From Demequinaceae bacterium (GTDB lineage Bacteria > Actinomycetota > Actinomycetes > Actinomycetales > Demequinaceae): a stretch of 32,000 bases of DNA. Of the stretch, positions 18,401-26,441 are shown piece by piece. The stretch is taken from the NCBI GenBank assembly GCA_965250005.1, contig OZ252279.1, positions 1,740,001 to 1,772,000 of the forward strand. Reading direction: 5' to 3'. The notes below the pieces were generated by a model. The model searched no databases. It saw nothing but the letters and a program-made list of their open reading frames with translations, and was not told the origin of the DNA. The translations under genes were made by a program, and so were the position numbers. The stretch's first letter is position 1, and each line of letters starts with the position of its first letter.

Positions 18401-19743
18401 AACTGCACGCGCTGAGGATTCGCGACGCGCTCGAGGAGCGCAGATCGGCTGGCGGTGCTTCGATTCCGGTGGTGACACTCGGCTCGGCTGCGGGTCTCGA
18501 TGCTGGGCTCGTCGTATTCGCGCCCGGCTGGGCTCCGGACGCCGCAGGAGTGGTCTCCCCCACGCTCGGGATACTGTCCGGAGCGGTTGGCGCTCGCGCC
18601 CTGAGGCAGACTCTTGTTGCCTCGAATCGCGACCTGGCGGTGACCACTGCTCTCACGCCTGAGCATGTTTCTAGCCTGCGCGCCAACGCGGATTTGGGCC
18701 ATGGGCTCGAGGTACTTGCGGACCTGCTCGCGGTGGCAGAGGCGGGACCGCTCGTGCCGGTGTCGAGCGAGCAGGGTAACTGGGTCCTTGCCGACATTGC
18801 CGGTAGGTTGCGTGCCCGGGGGCTCCATGTTGCGGTCCGCTATGGTGTTGGCGGCGCAGTAATTCCGCTCGTTGTTGGCGCGGCGGGCGCCGACACATTC
18901 TCCGTGGCAGTCGTGACGGACGACGCCCCGCCAGCGGCAGGCGTCAGCCTGCGAGACATGGTGCGCTGGCAACAGTCGCGCCTCGAGGGGCTTGGTTGGA
19001 CCGTGATCCCGATGTGGACGGTTGACGCGTTTGCCGATCCTCAGGCGGCCGCTAGAGAGATCCTGATCGAGTTCGGAATCGACGCCGCACTGCCTGCCGC
19101 GCAGCCGCCCCCGCCCACAGATTTGGCTCCCACAGAGTTGCCGCCTGCGGAGTTCCCGCCGCCGAGTGCTGAGCAGGGGGTGCAGGGAGCCGCGCCCACG
19201 GTCACCTCTCTGGTCGAGGCCGAACCGGTGCTGTTCGACGGCAAGGCCGCGGCGCCTCCCCTTGCCGAAGAGGCGGTGCTCGAGTTGTCCGTCGCTCCAA
19301 CGGAGGCAGTTGCCGCCGAGACAGGTTCGCCGTCGCCCGTGGAGGCAGAGGTTCCACCAGAAGACGAACGCGAGCAGCAGACCGACGTTGGCGGTGAATC
19401 CGACGGCGAGCCTGGCTCGGCACCCAATCCGTCCGACGGCACCGGCGTGGATAGCACGTCCGATGGCGAGAACGCGGAATCTGAAGCGGACGAGCCGGAC
19501 GAGCCGGACGATGTGGTTGCACCGTCATGGCCGACGGAGGAGATACCGCTCCATGACCCAACGGCGTCCCCGTCGACGCCCCGGGCCGGGTCTCGCAGGG
19601 CTGGGCGCAAGCGCATGCGAGAGGCCGTGGAGCCCGTCCTGCCGTCGCGCTCGAAGGACGACACGGACGAAGGTTGGGGTGAGCAGTCAGAAGAGGCGTC
19701 TCGCGACGACGAGATAAAGAGGGACGTCCCGCCGCACCACTAG
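15493..19743 (+). CDS. Giant DUF4011/Upf1-like SF1 helicase-related protein with degenerate ATPase and nuclease motifs and an acidic, Pro-rich disordered tail
   Basis: The N-terminus looks DUF4011-like (SPLRDLSFSTAPTFDLAGAHPSGL..L). Sequences sit at the expected positions of helicase motifs I, II, V and VI, and of the C-terminal DUF559/REase-like domain, but the key residues are substituted (details in findings). Start is uncertain: GTG 15493/15496 follows GGAG, while the ORF track starts at GTG 15436. Confidence 0.7.
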   Translation: MVDYIGRALVADALAEWRSQLQDLATASPLRDLSFSTAPTFDLAGAHPSGLAQLFAGRPTLMSSLVRDAIAQPAALHRGRLMRDHAEAIRLNTGVATAALIVGTARWREGARMREMPLLLRPVTLGLARDTDTEITLHDTVKINPVFVAELRERGVDESLDGLAQTSMQGKEFDPRPLWTRVREMTTQFGDELVVDETLILGSFDDPEQRLVDDLDECDHLISSSLLLASVAGDSGAHDELAVPVPIVGAGDRDPFAERGLGDLDDAQFAALDLVATGRSVFIQVPPGGDATGTAAAIAADGAASGRSVAVVCGANASVRSVEAALEAVGAGELVVSAAAHGWNSAARASLLSSMTASGSSVNEEALRAQGEALLSARSELRERMEDLHLRWEPWGVSAYQAVQALVRLTSSEFAPGTHVRLTGETAATVAERGLMVVAEAGVRAYAARVGPASEGTENPVSEPETEGEEPARRWWEGTILDAQRGAMMDDKLAIFLLRHVPHMRESAREAAAEIGVDEARTLAAWGDQVELFDRLRQTLDTFQPRVFTHHHGDVVEATAAAGSALFGDMPKRERKAIARQAKDLLRPNRSDDHLHERLVEARHLHARWKGHSSAGAVPRVPDDLDAFAARFGEAAVLWADLAPAVEAVTGIARLADQPWDVLVATLSGLSDADEAPLAEAEVRETEEGLEAAGFGPLLDDMEARAVPLRAASAEFEFAWWAAAFDSIVAAAPKLAQTGAIGFAVREFLGRDRQFGAERVKPLMRAVGERRRAAIARHQDDARDLFAALVEGGDGPFSALWGRFPQLVGALRPIVIASAEQVSQIAPAARVIDTVVLMGIESLAFAEVVPALARSSQVVVLADAHSATKSAVTQLRETLPPLALHARPQPRDPRVTAVLDEHGYAGELEMYPAPSDGVFEVVHVDAIGAPDEGSTYVESTRAEVAAVVERISRSATSMSAGGAAVVAGNELHALRIRDALEERRSAGGASIPVVTLGSAAGLDAGLVVFAPGWAPDAAGVVSPTLGILSGAVGARALRQTLVASNRDLAVTTALTPEHVSSLRANADLGHGLEVLADLLAVAEAGPLVPVSSEQGNWVLADIAGRLRARGLHVAVRYGVGGAVIPLVVGAAGADTFSVAVVTDDAPPAAGVSLRDMVRWQQSRLEGLGWTVIPMWTVDAFADPQAAAREILIEFGIDAALPAAQPPPPTDLAPTELPPAEFPPPSAEQGVQGAAPTVTSLVEAEPVLFDGKAAAPPLAEEAVLELSVAPTEAVAAETGSPSPVEAEVPPEDEREQQTDVGGESDGEPGSAPNPSDGTGVDSTSDGENAESEADEPDEPDDVVAPSWPTEEIPLHDPTASPSTPRAGSRRAGRKRMREAVEPVLPSRSKDDTDEGWGEQSEEASRDDEIKRDVPPHH

Positions 19744-19771
19744 GGGCGACGTGAACGTGCACGGCAGCGTT

Positions 19772-20092
19772 CTAACTAGCGGTTGAGGAAGGCCCAGAGT
19801 TCTGTCCAGAGGGCTTGCCGCTCGACGAGGCAGGTTTTGAACTGGCCGCCGCTGGCTTGGTGGTCGGGGCCGGAGGGACCTTCGATGTGGAAGAAGATCC
19901 CTTGCCGCTGGCACCCTGTCGCGAGTCCGTTCGGTAGAAGCCCGAACCCTTGAACGTCACGCTGACGGAGCCAAATACCTTGCGTAGCGGGCCAGAACAC
20001 TCGGGGCAGACCTCAAGCGAATCCTCTGCCATTGATTGCACCGCGTCAAAGCGGTGATCGCACTGCTGGCAGGCGTAGGCGTAGGTGGGCAT
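19772..20092 (-). CDS. FmdB-family zinc-ribbon protein with Ser/Pro-rich tail
   Basis: MPTYAYACQQCDHRFD...CPECSG..RKVF......FKGSGFY is the CxxC...CxxC FmdB signature. It corresponds to the Rv0991c position in the mycobacterial gene order as I recall it. Confidence 0.85.
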   Translation of the reverse strand: MPTYAYACQQCDHRFDAVQSMAEDSLEVCPECSGPLRKVFGSVSVTFKGSGFYRTDSRQGASGKGSSSTSKVPPAPTTKPAAASSKPASSSGKPSGQNSGPSSTAS

Positions 20093-20113
20093 GCGGGATA
20101 TCTTACGTTGGAC

Positions 20114-20746
20114 TTAGGCAGGCACGGATGTCAGCCCGTCGGGTGTGACGACGCCGCTAACCGGTACGTCGTGGTCTTCGCGTGGAAGAGGATTGGCAGC
20201 GTCGCGAAGCTCATCGGTGTACACCAGCGCCAGCAGCTTGGCGTCCGCGCTCGCGTTGGGAAGAGCTCGGTCATACCAACCGCCGCCCTGGCCCAGCCGT
20301 GTTCCGGTGCGGTCTACACCCAGCGCAGGGACGATGACGACGTCTGCCTCAGCGAGCGTCTCGGGTGGCAGGAATTCGCCGGATGGTTCCGGAGGCCGGC
20401 CGGGTGCACGCTCGGAGAGGTCGTCGGTTCCTTGGAATACGCTCCATCCTCGCTGGAGCCCTTCGCCGAGTATCGGCAAGAGCACTCGTACGCCACGATC
20501 AGCAAGGGACTCGATCAGGGGGAACGTTCCCGGCTCAGTTGCGCGCGATGCGTAGATGGAGACGCACGAGGCGTCGCGAACCGCGGGCAGGGCGAGCACA
20601 TGGGACGCGATGGCAATCGCGTCCTCCTCACGTCGGGTATCTGTGCGAGCTTCGCGAGCCTTGCGTACAGTCACACGAAGTTGGGCCTTGGCCTCCTCAG
20701 GTGCGAGGTCGCGCGCGAAATCAGTATCAGATTGGGTGGAGGGCAT
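20114..20746 (-). CDS. 5-formyltetrahydrofolate cyclo-ligase family protein
   Basis: ...VLLPIL..., VPALGVDRTGTRLGQGGGWYDR is the MTHFS C-terminal signature. Confidence 0.85.
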   Translation of the reverse strand: MPSTQSDTDFARDLAPEEAKAQLRVTVRKAREARTDTRREEDAIAIASHVLALPAVRDASCVSIYASRATEPGTFPLIESLADRGVRVLLPILGEGLQRGWSVFQGTDDLSERAPGRPPEPSGEFLPPETLAEADVVIVPALGVDRTGTRLGQGGGWYDRALPNASADAKLLALVYTDELRDAANPLPREDHDVPVSGVVTPDGLTSVPA

Positions 20747-20826
20747 GAAGCCAGTATCTCAGCGATCTCGCAAGCGCGCCAGGCGCTCGATGGCCGCCGC
20801 ATGCGCGGGAGGTTACGCTCGGGGCT

Positions 20827-21762
20827 ATGACAACGGTCAGCAGAGCGGCTATTCCGGCCGCTGGGAGGGGCTTACGCTTCCTTCCTGCTAGCAAGGCGAT
20901 TCCTAAAGAAATGATCCCGGTGGTCGATCGGCCCGCGATCCAGTACGTGGTCGAGGAGGCTGCCGCTGCCGGTTTATCTCAGATTGGCCTGATCACGAGC
21001 GCGGGCAAGGAGGCTATTCAGGCTCACTTCGCGCCCACGCCCGATCTTGAGGCGGCGCTTGAGGCGAAGGGCGATATCTCGCGCCTTGAGGAGGTCCGTC
21101 GGACCGCGTCCCTTGGGCACATGACGTATATCGATCAGGACGAACCGAAGGGCCTGGGTCACGCCGTCGCGTGCGCCGAGGACTTCGCAGCTGGCGAGCC
21201 GTTTGCCGTGATGCTCGGCGACGACTTCTTGGACGAGCGCGATCCCGCCTTAGAGACCATGATCGCGTTGCACGAACGCACGGGGGCGTCCGTGGTGCTG
21301 TTGCTGGAGGTTCCGAAGGAGTTGATCCGGCTCTATGGGTCGGTTGACCCGGTGAGCGTCGCGCTCGGCGATATTCCGGGCGAGGGCGGGATCCCCGCTG
21401 ACACTGAGATTCATCTGCTCAAGCGGCTCAACGAGAAGCCCGCGCCCGGCGAGGAGTACAGCAACCTGGCAGTCATCGGGCGGTACGTCTTCACGCCGGC
21501 TGTCTTCGATGTGCTGCGCCGGACGGTGCCCGGGCGGGGGGGCGAGATTCAGCTCACCGACGCCATCAATGAGCTGGCTCAGATGCCTGTCGACCAGGGC
21601 GGCGGCGTATATGGGATTGTGTTCCGAGGGCGCAGATACGACACAGGTGACAAACTGGAGTACCTCAAGGCCGTGGTGCAAATCGCGAGCGACCGCTCGG
21701 ACCTCGGCCCGGACTTTGTGGAATGGTTGCGTAGTTACGTGGCTGGGCGCGAGGAGGAGTAG
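20827..21762 (+). CDS. galU: UTP--glucose-1-phosphate uridylyltransferase
   Basis: AIPAAGRGLRFLPASKAIPKEMIPVVDRPAIQYVVEEA, KGLGHAV, GRYVFTP, GEIQLTDAI are canonical GalU motifs. Confidence 0.95.
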   Translation: MTTVSRAAIPAAGRGLRFLPASKAIPKEMIPVVDRPAIQYVVEEAAAAGLSQIGLITSAGKEAIQAHFAPTPDLEAALEAKGDISRLEEVRRTASLGHMTYIDQDEPKGLGHAVACAEDFAAGEPFAVMLGDDFLDERDPALETMIALHERTGASVVLLLEVPKELIRLYGSVDPVSVALGDIPGEGGIPADTEIHLLKRLNEKPAPGEEYSNLAVIGRYVFTPAVFDVLRRTVPGRGGEIQLTDAINELAQMPVDQGGGVYGIVFRGRRYDTGDKLEYLKAVVQIASDRSDLGPDFVEWLRSYVAGREEE

Positions 21763-22995
21763 ATGGCTAGACGCACGCTTGCCGAGCACAAGGCGGCGCT
21801 TCTAGACGGCATGGATCGTATCGACGCGATCGAAGTCCTCATTGCCGACGCTACGGGCTCGATGCTTGCCGAGAGCCTCGTCCCCGATCACCCGCTCCCT
21901 CCGGTCGACATCGCGACGTGCGATGGGTACGCGCTGCTAGCCAATGATGTGGCGACGGCGACGGCGGACAAGCCCGTGACGCTCGCCGTTTCCCACGACG
22001 TGAGCTGGTCGCTACGTACGCCGCGCAGGCACGTCGGAGGAACGGCGGCCCGAATCTCCTCTGGAGCACCGGTACCGACCGGCGCCGACGCCGTAATCCC
22101 GGTTGGCGCAACGGACCTGGGCGTGGCCAAGGTTTCAGTCAACGCTTCTACGCGGGTGGGATCGAACGTGCGCAAGGCAGGGGCCGATGCGGCAGCAGGC
22201 AAAGCCCTGGTTCCGGCGGGCACCCGGCTGGGCGCGCAGCAACTGGGCCTCGCGGCCATGCTGGGCCGCAGGCGGCTGAGCGTCTATCCCACGCCACGCG
22301 TGGTCATCCTCGCCGTGGGCAAGGGCCTGACAGATCCCGGCGCACGCGGACAGGGCGGCGGCACTCCGGAATCAAATTCCCATGCGCTCGCGGTCATGGT
22401 CGTTGAAGCAGGGGCACATGCATATCGCGTGGGAAGTGTCCAGAATGACAGAATCGCGCTGCGCACGACAATCGAAGACCAACTGGTGCGGGCGGATCTC
22501 GTGCTCACCACGGGCGGGCTCAGCGGTGCCAAGGACGACACCCTCCCCGACGTGCTGCGGGACCTGGGCTCATTCGAGATATCTTCCGTCGCGCTGATGC
22601 CCGGACGTCGGCACGGACACGGCCACATTGCCGCCAGCGTGCAAGGCATGGACACGCCTGTGATCGCCTTGCCCGGCCACCCCGCGGCAGCACTCACTGC
22701 GTTCGAGCTTTACGTTCGCCCCGTGCTGCGGACCATGGCTGGGCACAGCGAGGTGGAGCGTCGGCGGGTGAAGGCGAAGTCTGCAGATGCCTTTGAGAGT
22801 CCCGCGGGAGCCGCGCAGTGCGTCCCCGTCTTGATCGATGGCGGCCGCAGCCAACTTGTCTCTCACGTGATTGGCGACCCTTGGCAGCCCGCGCTGGCAG
22901 ACATGGCGCAAGCCAATGCACTGGCTGTCATTCCCGAGGACGTCACCGGCGTCAAGGTTGGGGACCCGTTGTCCTGCATTATGTGGTCGGACTAG
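21763..22995 (+). CDS. moeA: MoeA / gephyrin-like molybdopterin molybdenumtransferase-fold protein
   Basis: DGYA, GAPVPTGADAV, TTGGLSGAKDD, ALPGHPAAA are MoeA domain signatures. The start abuts the galU stop. Confidence 0.9.
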   Translation: MARRTLAEHKAALLDGMDRIDAIEVLIADATGSMLAESLVPDHPLPPVDIATCDGYALLANDVATATADKPVTLAVSHDVSWSLRTPRRHVGGTAARISSGAPVPTGADAVIPVGATDLGVAKVSVNASTRVGSNVRKAGADAAAGKALVPAGTRLGAQQLGLAAMLGRRRLSVYPTPRVVILAVGKGLTDPGARGQGGGTPESNSHALAVMVVEAGAHAYRVGSVQNDRIALRTTIEDQLVRADLVLTTGGLSGAKDDTLPDVLRDLGSFEISSVALMPGRRHGHGHIAASVQGMDTPVIALPGHPAAALTAFELYVRPVLRTMAGHSEVERRRVKAKSADAFESPAGAAQCVPVLIDGGRSQLVSHVIGDPWQPALADMAQANALAVIPEDVTGVKVGDPLSCIMWSD

Positions 22996-23018
22996 AGGGA
23001 GAGCGGCTCGGCAGACTC

Positions 23019-23615
23019 ATGTTCAACTGGAAGCCTGAGCAGCTCGCATGCGGTCCGCTCGTGGTGCGCCCCATTCGGAGGGCAGATCAGCACGATTGGC
23101 TTGACTTGAGGTCGCGCAACCGGGAGTGGCTCCGGCCCTGGGAGGCAACCTCGCCACTCGCGAAGCGCGAAAAAGGCATGTCGTTCAACGCCTTTGTAAG
23201 GCAAGAGCATCGTCAGTGGCGCCGGCGCTTGGCGATCAACACCGTAATCGAGTTTGACGGCGAGCTGGTGGGACGTATCGCGATCGCGGGCGTGGAGTGG
23301 GGGTCTGCGCGCACGGGGTCTCTCGGATACTGGATTGACCAGGTTTACGCGGGCCGCGGGATAGTGCCGCGCGCGGTCGGGATGATCACCAAGTACGGGT
23401 TCGCCGAAGGGCTTCACCGTGTGGAGCTTTCGGCGCTTCCCAACAACGAGGGAAGCCTGCGGATTGCGCAGAAGCTGGGTTTTCGCGATGAGGGCAGGCG
23501 GGAGAAATATCTGTTCATCGACGGTGCGTGGCGCGACCATCGCGTGTTCGCGCTCACTGCGGAAGACAAGCGATTTGGCGAGTACTGGGATTGCCCCAAG
23601 AAGCCCACTGGCTGA
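23019..23615 (+). CDS. rimJ: GNAT N-acetyltransferase, RimJ-like
   Basis: L.VRPIRR.D...WLDLRSRNREWLRPWE, WIDQVYAGRGIVPRAV, H.RVELSALPNNEGSLRIAQKLGFR.EG fit the RimJ/RimL pattern. Start taken at ATG 23019, because the 22818 extension overlaps moeA. Confidence 0.85.
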   Translation: MFNWKPEQLACGPLVVRPIRRADQHDWLDLRSRNREWLRPWEATSPLAKREKGMSFNAFVRQEHRQWRRRLAINTVIEFDGELVGRIAIAGVEWGSARTGSLGYWIDQVYAGRGIVPRAVGMITKYGFAEGLHRVELSALPNNEGSLRIAQKLGFRDEGRREKYLFIDGAWRDHRVFALTAEDKRFGEYWDCPKKPTG

Positions 23616-23667
23616 CACGCCGCTTGGGGTCCGGCCCCTATGCCTTGGGTGGCCGTAACGTCAGAAC

Positions 23668-24660
23668 ATGCCTCCCGTTGGACTGCTCGCGATAGCCGCA
23701 CTTGGCATGGTGCTGGCGTACATTTTGCCCCAGCGCATCCGCGAACGCGGCGAATACGCGATGGTCCGAACCGAGGATCGTTACTCAGCGGATATGCGCG
23801 TCATCCGGTCGTCTGCCGAGCGCGCCACCCGCGCTCAAGCCCGGCCATCAACGGACAGCGCAGAGACACCGCTGTTGGTCACCGGCGCCGCTCGCGCGAG
23901 CGTCACGGCGTTGGGAGATAGCTCCATGTCCCGTCCCGCAGCTCCACTCGACAAGGCGGCTACCGTGGTGCGCCGCCAGGCGGTGTCCATGCGCCGCGAC
24001 CGGGCATCCGTGCTCGCTGAGCGTGCCGCGCAGGCCCGCCGACGCGGAACGGTCGGCGTGCTCGCGTTCCTGGCGACTGCGGCCACGTGGGGCCTTGTTG
24101 GCACCGCGATCGCGCCCACCTGGTCTGCCGTTGCCGCATCCACCGTTCTGGGCGGCGTCACCGTCGCGGGACGCCGTGCCGTTAGCGCCCAGCGCAGGGC
24201 AGACGCGACACTGATTCCGGTTGCCCGTGAGGTAGCGACCGCCGCCGCTGCGACGTCGGCGCTCCAGCGGCTGATGACTGACCGCGCGTCCGGGAAGGCT
24301 GTGGCGCCGTCGATTGAAGAGACTCAGGCCATTCGCGTCCTCACGGCCGTCGACCTGGTGCCGGCCACCGAGCCAGCCGAGCTGCCCGCACCCGAGCTTC
24401 CCGGCCGCGTTGCCGACCCGGGTTGGACGCCCGAGGTCGTGCCAGCCCCCACCTACACGCTCAAGCCAGCTGCTGCGTCGCGCACGCCACGTCCGATCAC
24501 AGAAGAGGACCTGGCGGCAAGCGCGCGGGCTGCGACCCGCGCTGCAGACAAGCGCGAGGCGGATGAAGCGACGCGCAAGCGAGCCGCCGCTGAGGACGCG
24601 CACCCGTCCACTGCGACGCTCGACGCGATCCTCGCGCGCAGGCGCCAGCAGACCGCATAG
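23668..24660 (+). CDS. Conserved actinobacterial membrane protein at the Rv0996 / GlpR position
   Basis: N-terminal TM (LLAIAALGMVLAYIL) followed by RTEDRYSADMRVI, then two central TM helices and an Ala/Arg/Pro-rich tail. The assignment rests mainly on synteny downstream of galU-moeA-rimJ. Confidence 0.55.
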   Translation: MPPVGLLAIAALGMVLAYILPQRIRERGEYAMVRTEDRYSADMRVIRSSAERATRAQARPSTDSAETPLLVTGAARASVTALGDSSMSRPAAPLDKAATVVRRQAVSMRRDRASVLAERAAQARRRGTVGVLAFLATAATWGLVGTAIAPTWSAVAASTVLGGVTVAGRRAVSAQRRADATLIPVAREVATAAAATSALQRLMTDRASGKAVAPSIEETQAIRVLTAVDLVPATEPAELPAPELPGRVADPGWTPEVVPAPTYTLKPAAASRTPRPITEEDLAASARAATRAADKREADEATRKRAAAEDAHPSTATLDAILARRRQQTA

Positions 24661-26422
24661 GCCCTCCCGCGAGTGGTAACCTGTTAGCCGCTTGAGGGGC
24701 TGTGGCGCAGTTGGTAGCGCGTCTCGTTCGCAATGAGAAGGTCAGGGGTTCGATTCCCCTCAGCTCCACCATGACGGGTTCTTTAGAACCCTGACCAAGT
24801 CGATGAACCCGGTTCTCCCCATCAGGGGGCAGCCGGGTTTTTCGATTCTCCAGTGCGCGTTTCGCGGGGTCGTGTCTAGCAGCAATTGCGAGCGTTTCGG
24901 CGTCGAGTAGTGCGTTGAATGGCTCGGCGAGTACGCCGTCAACGTCGGCGTCGTCGTGGATGTAGAGCCTCTCGAACATCGCCTGGTTGATCATCCGCCG
25001 CTGCTGCGGTGTCCCGCGTCGGTAGGCCTCGTAGCAGTCCTGGGCAAGTGAGAGGGCGGCATCCAGGTAGTCCGCGAGCTCTGTCGCGGTGGCATCGAAT
25101 GACTCGAGCCGCTCGCCTATGGTGGCCATGGTGCGGGCGATGCTCGCTTGCTCGGATTTGAACAGGTCGAGAGGGATTGCCGACGCGTAGTGCGCTTCCA
25201 GTAGTTTCTTGCGCTTGTCTTCCAGCGTGCGTTGCTGGCGCTCTAGTTCCTGCTTCTCCACTCTCGACTCGGTCGTGATCTGTTTGAGTTGCTCGGTCAG
25301 CGCGGTTTGCAGGGTCTCGCGTAGTTCCGGTGGCAGGGCGAGCGACTTGTAGTAGTCAACGACGTGCCTTTCGACTTGGTCGATCGATACTGCGGACATC
25401 TGGCAGTTGGTGCGTTTCTGGTGGCGTCCGAGGCAGACGAAGTATTCGTAGGTGTTGCCGTGCCGGTTGGTGGAGTGCTGGACGATGAGCCTGCTCTTAC
25501 ACGAGCCGCAGAAGATGGAACTCTTGAGGTAGTGGTGATGGCGCCGTATCTTCTCGCCGTTCTGCCGGGTAGAGAGCACGCCCTGAACTTTTTCCCAAAG
25601 GCCAGCGCTGACCAGGGGATCATGCCTGCCTGGGTAGGTCGCGCCACGGTAAACAACGATGCCTTTGTAGTAGGGGTTCTTGAGGATCTTCTGTAATTGG
25701 GTGACCAGGATCGGCTTCGAGGCACGGGTGGCCGTGGGCGCGGTGGAGAGACCGCGCGCATTCATCTGGTCGGTGAGTTCAGCGAGCGTGATGTCGCCTT
25801 CGGCGTAGCGGTCGAATGCCCACGCCACGAGCGGTGCACGTTCCTTGTCGATTTCGACGGATCTGGTTTCGCGGCCTTGGTCGTCAGCCGAGTGGACGTT
25901 GCGGTAGCCCAGTGGTGCCCGGGTGACCGTGCCGCCCGCCTTGGCCTTCTGCGACATTCCCTTGGAGACTTCGGCGGCGAGGTTGCGGGAGTAGAACTCA
26001 GCGATGGAACTCATGATGCCGTGCAGCAGCGTGCCCGACGGTGTCTCATCGATGTTTTCGGTAGCAGAAACTAGCTGCACGCCTGCGGCACGCAGCGCCA
26101 TATTGATTTCAACATCGTCGGCCCGGTTGCGGGCCAGCCGGTCAACTTTGTGGACGATGCAGTAGTCGACGGGGTTTTCGCGTACGAACTGAAGCATTCG
26201 CTTGAGTTCAGGGCGGTCGGCGGAGCGTGCTGATTCCCCACGATCAACGAACTCGCTGATGATGTCGGCGCCGATCGCTTCGGCTTTGCGCTGGTTCGCT
26301 TCTCGTTGGGCGGGAATCGAATAGCCCTCCGGATCCCCGTCGCGTTCGGCTTGTTCGCGTGTCGAAACGCGCAGGTACATGACGGCGAAAGGCCGCGACC
26401 GCGGTTCAGTGGGTGTCTGCAT
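24497..26422 (-). CDS. Large serine recombinase (integrase); the 3' end is defined only by the first stop, which lies in host DNA
   Basis: Start ATG 26422 with RBS GGAAGGAGG. Resolvase catalytic domain (AVMYLRVSTREQ, VHKVDRLARN, IAEFYS), recombinase domain, zinc ribbon (CGSCKSRL...CLGRHQKRTNC) and a coiled-coil. The last family-like sequence (..ERLYIHDD...AEPFNALLD) is at about 24900-24930, but the frame stays open to 24497. Confidence 0.88.
   Translation of the reverse strand: MQTPTEPRSRPFAVMYLRVSTREQAERDGDPEGYSIPAQREANQRKAEAIGADIISEFVDRGESARSADRPELKRMLQFVRENPVDYCIVHKVDRLARNRADDVEINMALRAAGVQLVSATENIDETPSGTLLHGIMSSIAEFYSRNLAAEVSKGMSQKAKAGGTVTRAPLGYRNVHSADDQGRETRSVEIDKERAPLVAWAFDRYAEGDITLAELTDQMNARGLSTAPTATRASKPILVTQLQKILKNPYYKGIVVYRGATYPGRHDPLVSAGLWEKVQGVLSTRQNGEKIRRHHHYLKSSIFCGSCKSRLIVQHSTNRHGNTYEYFVCLGRHQKRTNCQMSAVSIDQVERHVVDYYKSLALPPELRETLQTALTEQLKQITTESRVEKQELERQQRTLEDKRKKLLEAHYASAIPLDLFKSEQASIARTMATIGERLESFDATATELADYLDAALSLAQDCYEAYRRGTPQQRRMINQAMFERLYIHDDADVDGVLAEPFNALLDAETLAIAARHDPAKRALENRKTRLPPDGENRVHRLGQGSKEPVMVELRGIEPLTFSLRTRRATNCATAPQAANRLPLAGGPMRSAGACARGSRRASQWTGARPQRRLACASLHPPRACLQRGSQPARLPPGPLL
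24696..24771 (+). tRNA. tRNA-Ala (anticodon CGC), CCA encoded
   Basis: Cloverleaf folded by hand. Acceptor GGGGCTG/CAGCTCC with the Ala identity pair G3:U70, anticodon loop TTCGCAA, T-arm AGGGG-TTCGATT-CCCCT, terminal ACCA. Confidence 0.9.
24806..24842 (+). terminator. Rho-independent-type terminator downstream of tRNA-Ala
   Basis: AACCCGGTTCTCCCC-ATCA-GGGGGCAGCCGGGTT followed by a T5 run. It is only terminator-like on the plus strand. A smaller hairpin GGGTTC-TTTA-GAACCC sits at 24776-24791. Confidence 0.6.
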
Positions 26423-26441
26423 GTGTTCCTCCTTCCACCCC

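Noticed and set aside
24838-24856. GGGTTTTTCGATTCTCCAG resembling the tRNA-Ala T-loop/acceptor (GGGGTTCGATTCCCCTCAG) as a possible att direct repeat
   Set aside because: Only the 8-mer TTCGATTC is exact and the rest needs gaps. A match this short can arise by chance, and serine recombinases do not need long att identity. It is worth rechecking once the other island end is known.
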